Assembly (NCBI RefSeq): GCF_009914755.1
Contig: NC_060932.1
Length of the DNA stretch: 64,000 nt
Strand: one strand, 5' to 3'
Origin: the human T2T-CHM13v2.0 reference genome, Homo sapiens
Below, in pieces: positions 1 through 12,420 of the stretch (position 1 is the stretch's first letter; every line of letters starts with the position of its first letter). Below the pieces are notes generated by a model. That model saw nothing but the letters and a program-made list of their open reading frames with translations. It had not been told where the DNA came from and did not search any database. Position numbers and translations under genes: made by a program.

Positions 1-360
1 ATCGCAGAGGCGTTTCATGTTGGTCTTGAAGGCCAATGAGGATTCTGACAAGCAGAAAAGGGGAAATGAGTGGCACTCTACAACAAAGCCCCAGAGGCTT
101 GAATATGTATGGCCCACTTAAGGATGTGCAAGCTGGTTGCAGTTGTGAATTTAGGCACACCCTAACTTGTTTAATGTACACTTCGAGAGAGGGCAAATTT
201 GAGATTAGCTGCATTTGACTTATTAAGGCAACATGCACAGGCAGTCTGTTTCAGCCTGAAATTTACAGTCTGAATTAACGAGAGAGCATATCATGAAGGC
301 AGCATAGGCAGTAAGCAAGACCCCTCTGCATTCCAGACGGATGGCGCCACAGAGCAATTA

Positions 361-1385
<1,025 letters not shown>

Positions 1386-1906
1386 TAGTCTTCTCAGAAA
1401 TCTGGAGAAGCTGAGTCATCTTTCTGGGTATCCGTAAGAACCACGTGAAAGGCGGGTTATTGCTCCTTAAGCCTCGTTAGAGCAATGACCTGATATGGGT
1501 TGGTAAGAGTAGAACCGCAGCCATGTGCCTCGATTTCCTCAAATGCAAAATGAAAGAATTGGATGTAGGCCATGTTTCAGGGTCCTCTCTTGCTCTGGGG
1601 TTCCAGGAGTAGAAAACACCCAAGAGACAGAGGAGAAAGGGAGCTGATTGATTATTTGCTATCTCTGCTGGGCAGGGCTAAGCAATTGCCATGAAATCTC
1701 TATTAATTCTCAGAAAGATCATAGGAGGTATTGCCCCCAATTATTTTAAAGATGGGAAAACAGAGGCCTAGAGCCCCTATGGGATATGGCCAGAGGCATG
1801 GGGCTTGGAAATGCCACCCTGGGGTGTGACCCTTGTCCTCACACATCCCTCACAGTGCTCTAGGCCTGCCGTGAGTCAACCCAGCATGAGCCTTCCCGTA
1901 AGGTCA

Positions 1907-2007
1907 GCAGAACTGGGAGTGTGGTAAGCAGACCGAGGGTAGCAAGTGAAACACTGTCAGAGCTTTGCATACCCAAGGTGGGCCTGCCACACCCACCCAG
2001 CCCCAGC
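1907..2007 (-). ncRNA. MIR7848: Annotated microRNA precursor mir-7848; mature 3p at 1920-1942
   Basis: Reverse complement of 1920-1942 is CTACCCTCGGTCTGCTTACCACA, which I recall as miR-7848-3p; intronic and co-oriented with SLA. Confidence 0.8.
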
Positions 2008-2789
2008 ACAATGGCACATCTGCCTGATGACATCGTTATTTTTAGATGAGTTACGACACCCACCCTGGGTTCTTCCTCCCTTTGGCCAGGCCAGCTTAGG
2101 AGTTTCTTTCTGAGTCGGGGCATCCTGCCTCTGGGGACCTCTAGGACAGGCACAGGATGTTTTGCTTTTGCATTGATCTTTCTGTACCCCAGCATATTTG
2201 GGTTTTTTAGAGAAAAGTTGATCGCAGATTTTTTTTAAATCATATATATGTGGTCCCTGCTTTCTGAAAGCAAGGCTGATGCTCATTTTGGTGAAGGGCT
2301 CTAGCACCAGGTGGCTTTGGCACTTATTAGGTGCATGGGAAGTACTCTCAGATAGTGTGTTTTCTCTTCTTTGATATTGAATGTACAAGAAGCAAGCCAA
2401 GAACTTGAAGATACCTTCTGAATTTTAAAAAAGTTATTATTATTATTCAGTCTGGGAAAACCCTAGCTGTTAAGTATTTGGGGATAAACATGGTACTCTC
2501 CTACTGTAAATCTCATGGTCTAGATCAGGGAGCTGAGGCTTAGAGAGAGAGAAGCAGTAAATTAGTAATTTGTAAGGCTAAAATTGGAACTTGGGACCCT
2601 TGCTTTGCATCATGACAAAGAGCTCACTCTATTTGTGTTTTTACTGTGGTACTTAATGCATATGATGCAAGGAAATTGTAATGCTAGTGATGATGGTGAC
2701 TGTGTGAGAGGACACATGTGATTCTCGGAGCTGTCTGATTTAGTTACGGAGCACAGAGGAAACTGATATCGGGACTGTCTGTGCAGCAA

Positions 2790-2940
2790 GAGCAACACAA
2801 ATACTATGACATTTGAATCTCACCACACCCTTACAAGGGAGAGGTGTTCTCTCCATTTCACAGATGAGAAAACTGAGTTCAGACAAATCAGTCACAGAGC
2901 TTGAGAGCACAGCCCAGGCCCATACCAAAGGCCACATTCT
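2790..2940 (-). mobile_element. MIR fragment
   Basis: MIR core, reverse complement: ccatttcacagatgagaaaactgag; ends approximate. Confidence 0.7.
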
Positions 2941-3255
2941 ATCTGCACAGCATGCTGCCTACACACTGCGTTCAGTTTTGTTCTCAGTTGCTGGAAAAAT
3001 TTCCAGCAGGAGTCATCAGGCCTGATGTTGGCCAGGCCCGTGGCAGTGCCCAGCCGGCTCCCCACTGCCTGTCTCTAGTCCCCTTGCTTCCCCACTGGCC
3101 TCCCCAGCAGCGTGTGGGCTGCAGGGAGCTTAACTACATTGGATCAATTTGCATGGACGTAGGAGGAAGGAAAATGAAGCCGTGTAATGAGTCAGCCAGG
3201 AGCAAAACATGCTTGTCTGCCCCGGATGGGGAAAGATGAGTTGGGGGCCACTCAC

Positions 3256-3359
3256 CTTTCTTGGTCTCACTCTCTCTGATCATGAAGGAGCCGACCTTTG
3301 TGTCTGGCAGCTGCAGCAGCTCCTCGGCCTTGTCTCTGCCCAGGCCCTCAAACAGCCAG
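3256..3359 (-). CDS. SLA: SLA coding exon, SH2 domain N-terminal part (WLFEGLGRDKAEELLQLPDTKVGSFMIRESETKK)
   Basis: 104 nt; acceptor ttcccag|C, donor AAG|gtgagt; phase 2/1; FMIRES is the SH2 FLVRES motif. Confidence 0.97.
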
Positions 3360-3640
3360 CTGGGAAGGAGGAAGACAGCCATTAGGATCCGGAACAAGCC
3401 CTCCCCCAGGAAAGGCAGGAATGCGCCACCCACCGTACTAAGCACCTGAAACCTAATCCTCACCTCAACCCACTGAGACAGGAAGCATCATCTCTCTTCC
3501 ACAGATGAGAATACTGAGGGTTCCAGTGATTAAGTAGTTTGCTCAGGAAACCATGTCAGCAGTTGATAGAGTTAAAATTAGAATGCATTTTTCTGGGACA
3601 TCCAATTCCATAACCACCTCACTTCACTGCTGCTCTTCCT

Positions 3641-3968
<328 letters not shown>

Positions 3969-4764
3969 TAAGGGATGTGATCACCTCTGTTGGATTGGTA
4001 GCCTCATAGGGTCATAATTATGTCACTCCTCCTGGTTCCTTACCACCCCCAGCTCGTGCCAGCTGCAGCCTCACATCTTCAGCATGAAGGCATTGATGCA
4101 TGCTTGCTAGTGAATGAATGGCTCCAGGGCAAGCAGCTGATGTAGGAGAGTCACGTGACTCCCATCTCTTTCAGAACGTGACTCCCACGGCAGCTCCTGC
4201 TTCAGTTTTGTTTAGCTTCATCATCCTAAGCATGGAAGTGGCATCTGGTATTCACAATTAAGATCATGAATACTAAAATTAAACTCGCAGAATTCCAGTC
4301 TTCAAAGGATTCAGGTGGTTATCTCTGTTTTGCAAGATGAGCATGTGGCATGTAGAGTCCTCTGGACATGAAGAAGTAACTTAGTGTTTATCAATGGATG
4401 CCTCCTTCTTTCTTTTCCATTTCCAATGTGCTTTGCATTTCTTTGCCAACTTCCAGCTTCCGACACTTGACAGATGAGGATAATGTAACTCCAGGAGGTG
4501 AAGCGACTTTTACAGGACCCTCACATGGAAGGAAGGAAGCCAAGATTTGTGCCCAGGTGTTCAGGGCTCCAAAGCCACCCAGGAGGCTGCAGAGGCCTCA
4601 CTGGAACGACTACAGGGGAAAGCAGGGTGCTTATTTTCTTATCTGTTGAGCCTAGTTTTCTAAGATATCTCTTGTTTATCTTACCCATTTTTCAAGGAAG
4701 GCACATAAGCATTTTTGGCAGTAAGGATTCTGTGTGTTTCTGGATAGGTATTTGATTAGAATAG

Positions 4765-5030
4765 AGCTAATATTTATCGAGTGCTTACTGTAATGCCTGG
4801 CATTGCTCCAAGAACTACACATGTATCATTACATCTTATTCTCCTAACAACCCTACACTTTGATCATATTATCATATATTATTATCCCTGTCATTCTATG
4901 TTATGATCTCTACTTGACAGGTGAGGAAAGGGAACTGATGCATAAAAAGCTTGTTCACTGGCACACAGCCAGTAAGTGACAGAGGCAGGATTTGAACCTA
5001 GACACACTGACTTCTAGTCTCTGCACTGTG
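4765..5030 (-). mobile_element. MIR
   Basis: agctaatatttatcgagtgcttac...acaggtgagga...ggatttgaacc matches MIR antisense; ends approximate. Confidence 0.7.
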
Positions 5031-5327
5031 CTGTGCCCTCCCATAACATTTCCCAGCTGTTTACCACTCTGTGCCAGGAGCACCATGTTAGAGCTGAAAG
5101 GTCCAACTTCCTTCATTTTACTGAGGGAGAAGTTGAGTCCCAGAGAGCAGAAGAGATAAGTTAGCCCAAGGTTGCTCCTTTCCTTATTGACTGGGTTGGG
5201 AGCAGGACTATCTCTTCTTGACCCAGTGCCTTCCTTACCACTATGAATGCTGGAATCTTTGTTCCACCTTATGAGTCACCAGCATACGCATCATGCTTAA
5301 TTGCTGCCATTTGAGAAATGTACTCAC

Positions 5328-5414
5328 CCATGGTAAACTCTGGCCACACATATTCCAGGGATGTAACTCTCTCGACCAGTGCTAAGAGAAATAGCTTTCC
5401 ACCAGCCCCCTTCA
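5328..5414 (-). CDS. SLA: SLA coding exon, SH3 domain second half (EGGWWKAISLSTGRESYIPGICVARVYH)
   Basis: 87 nt; acceptor cttacag|T, donor TGG|gtgagt; phase 2/2; SH3 WW and YIP motifs. Not in the ORF track. Confidence 0.97.
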
Positions 5415-6241
5415 CTGTAAGAACAAGAACAGAGAAGAACACAGAGATAGGTAAATAGCAAAACCAAAGGATGAATGAACAGAGTAATCAGATTTAACCC
5501 AGGACAGTTTGGAACATTCCTCTTTTAAGATCTGTCACTGGCCACGTTAACCCATATTTCGTCATCTGAAAATTTTCTTTTTAAAGGATATGTGTCCAGT
5601 GGATAGCCCTCCATTGCAAGCCAACTGGTAAACCCTCCCATGTGCTAGAAATAGCTGCTTTTCAGGGATTAGCAGCTAATGTTCCCAACTGTTGGAGGCT
5701 TTTTAAAAATAAATGTTTACTATGTTGATTTATGCTCTGCAGTATAGCCAAAGATAGTTTCATATATCTGAATCAGTGAAGATCTAAATAAAAGGGGCTT
5801 AGAACTTCTGTCATGTTCTATAGCCCATATTGAATCAGACTGCAGAGGTAAGAGGAGAGAAGGCAAATTTTTGTTTTTTCTCATCCGAAGGATTTCCAGA
5901 CCCTGGGGGCTGCCTTCCCGGTCTTCATTCCTACATAGCATCAACACTGCACATGTGGTGGGAGATAAGAAGAATATGAGAAGAGGCTGGATCATAAAGG
6001 ATCTCAAAAGCCAAGTTAAGGAATTTAAATTTGATCTACCAGGCAGTGGGGAGCTATGGAAGGTTCTAGAGCACTGGCCACATTAAAGAGGAGGGTTGCA
6101 GTATGGGTCAAATTTCTCACCTCATAATAGGACCAGGACTCATGTGGAACTAGACCACTCTAGTTAACAATCAAATACTTTTCTCCCAAACCAAGTTTAT
6201 CCTGCTTTGAAGATTGCACAAGTTTTGGAGAGCTGACTCAC

Positions 6242-6341
6242 TCAGAAATCACACGCAGTTTCTCCCCTCGGCGGAATATCGGGGGGCTGATGTCAGGAGA
6301 CGGGTAGTCACTTAGCACGGCAAGGAAGTCGCTATCCAGTC
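6242..6341 (-). CDS. SLA: SLA coding exon, SH3 domain first half (GLDSDFLAVLSDYPSPDISPPIFRRGEKLRVIS)
   Basis: 100 nt; acceptor ttccccag|GA, donor TGA|gtgagt; phase 1/2 links the start exon to the next SH3 exon. Not in the ORF track. Confidence 0.97.
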
Positions 6342-9300
6342 CTGGGGAAACAAAGGCAAGGGGGAAGGGGGCAAGGTGCTTTTTATTCACAAGGAGCTTA
6401 AAGGTAGGCTTGGGAGGGAGGGTATGAAGATGAGATTTTCCAGCAGGAAATACCTTTCTTGTTTTGAACCACCAATTTACAGCAAGGTCCTCTCTTCAGA
6501 GATGGCTCTGCAGGGTGTGCGTACGAGCCCTGAGGGTCAGGTGACATGCTCCTATTCTTAAGCCTGCCTTGGCCCTCATGTTCTCATCTGAGAAATGGGA
6601 TCCAAAGGCTGTGAGATGAGTCATGGGGTCTGGCTTCAGCGCCTGTTACGAGTCTACTAGCCTCACCCTCTCCATCTTTAAAATGGGACTAATACTACCT
6701 CATTCCAGGGTCCTTAGGAGAGGAGATGAGAGTATGTTACACCACATACGTTCACATAAGTTGCTGTAAAAACCCCCCTTCTCACTACCAATGCCTCGGG
6801 TGTCCACTCTGGGACTCAGAGTTGTTATATCTATGACACTTTTGGGGAAGGAGTGTGAGGCAAAATGAGTTCTGAGGACCCATTAGGACCATGAGGCAGT
6901 AACTCTGAGGTTAAACAAAATACTTATTTCTTGCAGAATATAAGGCCCCACGCTGGGCATCTATTTAATAGGGACATTTGTTGAGGGTGGGGGTGGTGGA
7001 AGAAAAACTTAGTACTTTTCCTAATAGTGTATTGAAAGGAATTCTGGTGAAGTTTTGAAAAGGAAAGAGGGCTGTCTGGTTCCTGACTGTAGAGGAGAGA
7101 CAGTGATTTTGCTTTTTGACACTGAGCGATACGTCTGCTTCTATCCTTAGTGATTTGATGTAATTCAGATGCATTAGATGCAGGGTAATATTTGGATACA
7201 TTTTTGGGGGAAATAACAAGATGTCTTCTGTATCAGCAAATACAGTTATTATTTGCTATGACTTTCATCACTCCACCTGCTGGCTGGGACTTTGAACTTA
7301 AAATTCTGGGTAACATCACCTGTTTATTCATTCGGCAACTACTTACTGAGCACCTGTCGTAAGCAGCATAGGTGAGAAAAGCAAGCCCATTCTTGCTGCT
7401 TTCACGGAGCTCATGTTCTACAGGATACATAAATAGTCATGGGAGGAACTGTTCCCTGGTTCGCTCACCCCAAGATCTGGAGAAATCCCAGTACTCAGGC
7501 ATGTGGGCTTTGGGGCCCAAACAAGCCACTTTCTAGGATCCACACACCTCTAGATCCTGCCTCTTACAACTCATATGTCTTGCAGCCTCCGAGTCATAAG
7601 CCTCTTGGGCAGACTAAGTCTAAAGAGAGATTAAATACTAGAATCAGTGAGAAAGATGAGTGAGGTTTTGGGCAAAGGTTATGCTTATCGATTGATAAAT
7701 AAATTAGAAACAAGTAATCACGGTGGAACAGTGCAGTCAAATGTATTGTTCATTTGGGGAAGCTGAGTCCCTGACAATAAGCCATGTAAAAGCAAGAGTT
7801 TCTGGGTGTAAGACAGAAACCAAGAGTGATCTTTAGTGGCTTTACAATATGGAAAGGGATCAGGGCTTTTGAGAAACAGTCGTGTCGGGACGTAAAAGGG
7901 CTGGCCCAGCCAGACCTCTGACCTGTCCTGCTGCAGACCTTCCCCAAACCTGTGGGGGCAGCTCCCTCACATTCTGCTTTGCTGAATTCAAAAAAGGGAT
8001 TCTTCCCTGTGTAGCTTTGACTCCACCCCAGTAAGTAGAGGCAGCATTACAGTTGTGTTAAGTTTGAAGCCAGAAGTCCCAAGTTCTCACAAAGGGCAGG
8101 TTCACATTTGGCAGGGCATAAAGCTTAAGCAAATTTGGCAGTCCTCTTTAAGAAAAAAATACACAATTGCAAATACAAAATGAAGGACAGACCCCAGCAA
8201 GGTGCTGTACCAGCAAGGGGGTCTCAGGCGTATGATTTGTTTGGCTTCCTGGCAAATCTGCCCAGAAGCTGAGGCTGACTTTGCCACTCACTGAGTGGGA
8301 CGCCTCCTTCTCCTCTTGGGCCTGGGTTTCCTAGTCTGGAAAATGAGAGGTTGAAAAACACCTTCAAGATGGAAATCTATCTTCCTGGACTAATGGCCCC
8401 CACATATGAATGGGCCGTTTATTAACATGGCACTGTGCTGCCTCGGCTACATGTGATGGGCCTTTCTCCAACTTGCCAGGCACCCTGGTTCTCAGAGCCT
8501 CCGGATAGGCTGTTCCCTCTGCCTGGAACACACCCTGCTCTTCCCTCCTTCACCGTTCCCACCTTTGTCAACTCTAAACTCACCTCTGCAGAGGCTCCAG
8601 AGGAGGCTCAGCCTTCCTGCTGTACTAATTCTTCCTCTTGGCCCCTAAGATTTTCCTCTGAAGCGGTTACCCCAGGTTGCATTTTCCCATTTGTGTGACT
8701 GTCAGGGGAATGCCCATCTCTCCCCACCCCCGGCTGTGAGTTCCGGGAGGGCAGAATACTGGTGTCTTCTGTGTCTGTAGCCTGTGCCACACCTGTTTTA
8801 CAAAGGATGCTCAAAGCAGGCTTACTGAATGTGCAGAGCGGTCCCTGTGCTGCAATGCCCCTTAAATACAGCTGTCAAGCTACAGTTTTAAAGCAGATCC
8901 AGGCAGAAGGAAACCTGATTTGTGGGAGGCAGCTGGGTAGGTGGCCATTGTGGAACCAGCCCCTTGCAAAAAACGTGTTGAAATGGGGAGGCACAGTGTG
9001 TGTTCTCTGTGACAATAATAGAACCTTGAGGTAGATGGTGTGTCTACAGAGGGATTTGAGGTTTGATATCAAATTCAAGATTAAGACTGTGGAACAGAAC
9101 AATTGTCTTTCCTAACATTAAAAACAAAAACCAACAGAAACAAAAACAAAAGCAAAATCCCATTATAAAAACCACTGTTCCAATGAGGGAAAGGGAGGCT
9201 TAGAGTGTTGGAGAGTTTCAATTTCACAATAACAAAGTTAAGTTTCCTGTGGAATTTCCGTAATAGTGATGTTTTGATAGCTATGGCACTTAAACATCAC

Positions 9301-10772
9301 TGAGGAAACTTTACATCTGGGCTTTTGCTTAAGGGTCAGATAACCTGTGCCTGATCCTTTGCAAGAGATTTCACCTCTCTTTATCATCACCATTAGCCAA
9401 ACGGGACAAAGTCACTGGGAAGGTATTACAGTTTGGCTTGTACTTCTGTGGGGCAGGGTGGCCATTTTAAGCAAGGCCTGGTGCCAGGATCCCTTCAAAG
9501 TCTTCCCTGAGCTTTGGTTGCTACAGAAAAATAAATGCAATGTAGGAAATTTAAGTTTGTTGGTAAAGGTGAGACATATTATCATCTACTCCTAGAACTC
9601 CTTAGCTTTATGGAGAGCTCAGCGTTTGAATTCAAGCAGAGATAAATGAGTGAGGCAGAGAAGAGGAGAGTTGAGGAAGTCAGTGGAATTATTGCAGACT
9701 TAAGATAAGGAAACAAATTAAGTGAAGACATATGCACTGCGCATGAAAGAAGAAACCCAGAGAGAATTTTCGGGAAAGAGAATGGGGCTTTGAAACCAAT
9801 CAGAACTGGCTTACATCCCACCTCCGCCACTACACAGTGATGCGATTTGGGGGGAGATTTATTTTTAACTAATCTGAGCTTGATTTCTTCGTGAATAAAA
9901 AGGGAAATTGCCAAAATCTGCCTCATAGGATTGAGTGAAGGATTCAGGATGCATTGCATTTTAGGGCCTGCCTTAGTAAGTGGAAGCTAATATTATTTTC
10001 ATGGAGAGCGGGGTCACCAGACCATAACTCAAGACCAGTGTTAGCCAATAACTTTCTAAAATTTGCAAACTAGTAAACTTGATAATTTCTTACTCTCTAA
10101 AAATGAACTCCACTTGGTGAGAACAGAAGATGAAATTCAAAAGACCAAATATTTGCTGATAGCTCAACTTAAGAATGAGTCAAGTTGAACAAAATGTACA
10201 AAAGCGTAAAATAGGAAACGAATCCACAAAGGGGAGGGACCCAGGCAGGCCTTACGGGACTTAGTCAAGAGAGGACGGGCCCTTTTGTAAACTGTCATTC
10301 TTTGGTGCTGCATGACCATTTCTTTTTAAATGCTGAGAACATTCTCAGTCACTCCCACTTATAACTGTCTAATAAAACTAGTCGTTTGTCACTTCCAGTG
10401 CCCTGCCCAGCCCTACAGAAAATACGTGATTATTTAAGGGTGAAGAAGCCAAAGCTGGGAGAGTTTTAGTCACCTATCTAGGGGAAAGTGTGAAGATTTC
10501 AAAGCCCAGGGTCCTTCACGGAGCCACACGGCTCTCCTTGGCACTTAATCTTCAAGCTCTCCTCAGCCCACACTTGACCCTTAACAGGGGAGACAAAGGC
10601 AGACTCCAGGTAAGTTGTCAGGGTTAGCATAAGCAGCTCAGGGCAACTGGTGGGTAGGGAGCTGTACAGCCCAGGGATTGCAGCCTCTTGTTTTGCATTT
10701 CCTGGAGTCATGCCTAAACTCATGGTCTCCTCAGGGGTCAAAGCAGGCCTGACTTTCAGTGTCATCTTCAGG

Positions 10773-10783
10773 ACACACACACG

Positions 10784-10814
<31 letters not shown>
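10773..10814 (+). repeat. (CA)n microsatellite with CACG interruptions
   Basis: acacacacacgcacgcacacac... seen directly. Confidence 0.95.
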
Positions 10815-10815
<1 letters not shown>

Positions 10816-11232
10816 GGATTATACATGCAACTAACCAATCACACAGAGCTGGACCATCTAGCCTGGTAGAAGGTCTGCCGAGTTCTGCGGGTCACCATGA
10901 ACCAGGCTTGTGAGCCCTCTTAGTCATATGTAAAGGGCTGTGTTTGAGACCCGGTAGCCCACAAAGCTCTTTTCTGCCCAAGCCTTGGTTTTTCCGTATG
11001 TTAGTGGGGACAGATTGGAACTAAACAGACCTTGAGTCTTTTCAGGGTCAGTCTCAACTCTCTTAGATGCTAGAGGGATATAGGCAGGGCTAGCACAGAA
11101 CAGAAGCAAGAAATAGTCAAAATGAATATTTTGGACTGCATAGACTCAGAATGTGCTTTACTTGGGCACCCAGGGCTTCTCAGACTTCAGTTGTTTTCAT
11201 TCCACCATTCCCTTCCTCCCCCTCCTCATCAC

Positions 11233-11256
11233 CAGCAGCAGCAGCAGCAGCAGCAG
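11233..11256 (+). repeat. (CAG)8 trinucleotide repeat
   Basis: Eight uninterrupted CAG units. Confidence 0.95.
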
Positions 11257-11924
11257 GGCGCACAGCTCTGGGGGGAATCAGGCACTGGGCTGTGGTGGTA
11301 CTGAGGTTACCCCTGAAGTCCTCACGCCTCCCTGTGAGGTTGATAGATTGAAACTACCTTATTTTGAGTATGAGGAAATAGAGGCACAGTGAGGTCCAGA
11401 GACCGCCCAAGAGCACACACCTAGGAAGCTGAGTGCCAGGTTTCAAAACCAGGTCTCCCTGGGCAGGGCAGGGCATGGCTGTGTTTGAACCACTCAGGTC
11501 TCCTTTGACATAGTTGACAGCACTAGTTACTTGATAATGTCTTTTTAAAAATTAATTTACTTAAAAAAACTTGAGTGCTATTCTAAGCAATGTGACATCG
11601 TGGATTTCTTGGGCTAGTTATATATTTTATGATGTTCATCAATGTACAATTATGTAAAAGTTGAATGATCAAGTTCTGCCTAAGACCATCTCATGTACCA
11701 GCAGCGAGGTTAGATTCAAATAGAAAAAAGGGATCTGGTCCAAGATTTGACACGGATTCACTGTCTGTGGGACCCCTTGCTAGGGCACTTGATCATCTGG
11801 GTCATTAAATCTGGGGGCCAGGCACATTCTCATTCATTCGAGACGAGCCCATCCTCTTCCAGAGCATGGGGGCTTCTTGAAACCCTATCCTTTCCAGGCA
11901 CACACTGAGGTGGGGAGAGGGACC

Positions 11925-12125
11925 CTGGAGTCAGACCACCTGGCTTTGAATCCCAGCTGTCTCCTCTGAGCTGTATGGCCTAAGGCAAGTCATTTAAGCT
12001 TCTTGTACCTCAGATTCTCCAACTGCAAAACGGAGATGATAATAGGCAGAAGCCTCGTGGGGCTGTGAGAATCGAGTCTGCATATGTAAAGCACTGGGCA
12101 CTGTGTCTGGAGGCTGTGAGCACCA
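11925..12125 (+). mobile_element. MIR
   Basis: ctggagtcagac...tttgaatcccagct...ggcaagtcatttaa...tgtaaagcact matches MIR consensus. Confidence 0.75.
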
Positions 12126-12269
12126 AGCGGCTCTAATCATTCCCGTTTTACAAAGGAGGACAGAGAGACTAAGGAGATAAACTCTTTCTCATCTCTCGTT
12201 GTGTGTCAGTGCAGGGGCAGGACTAAAAGCTGGTCTGTGGTCTGCAAGCTTTAGGGGTTACAGAGTCCC

Positions 12270-12420
12270 CAGGAACTCCTAGGAAATTCAGCTGGCGGCT
12301 ACCTTCCACCATCCCCAGGTTCTGATTCGTAGGCCTGGGGTGGGACCCAGGAATCTGCATTTCAGTTACTTCCCAGGGGATTCTGATGCAGGTGGTGCGA
12401 AGACCACTTACTGAGAAGCT
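12270..12420. mobile_element. MER5A-like hAT-Charlie DNA transposon remnant
   Basis: ttctgattcgtaggcctggggtgggacccaggaatctgcattt...gattctgatgcaggtggt...gaccact..tgagaa. Confidence 0.75.

Noticed and set aside
11122-11392. PolyQ, polyA and polyS ORFs
   Set aside because: Three frames of the same (CAG)8; short, with no splice or homology support
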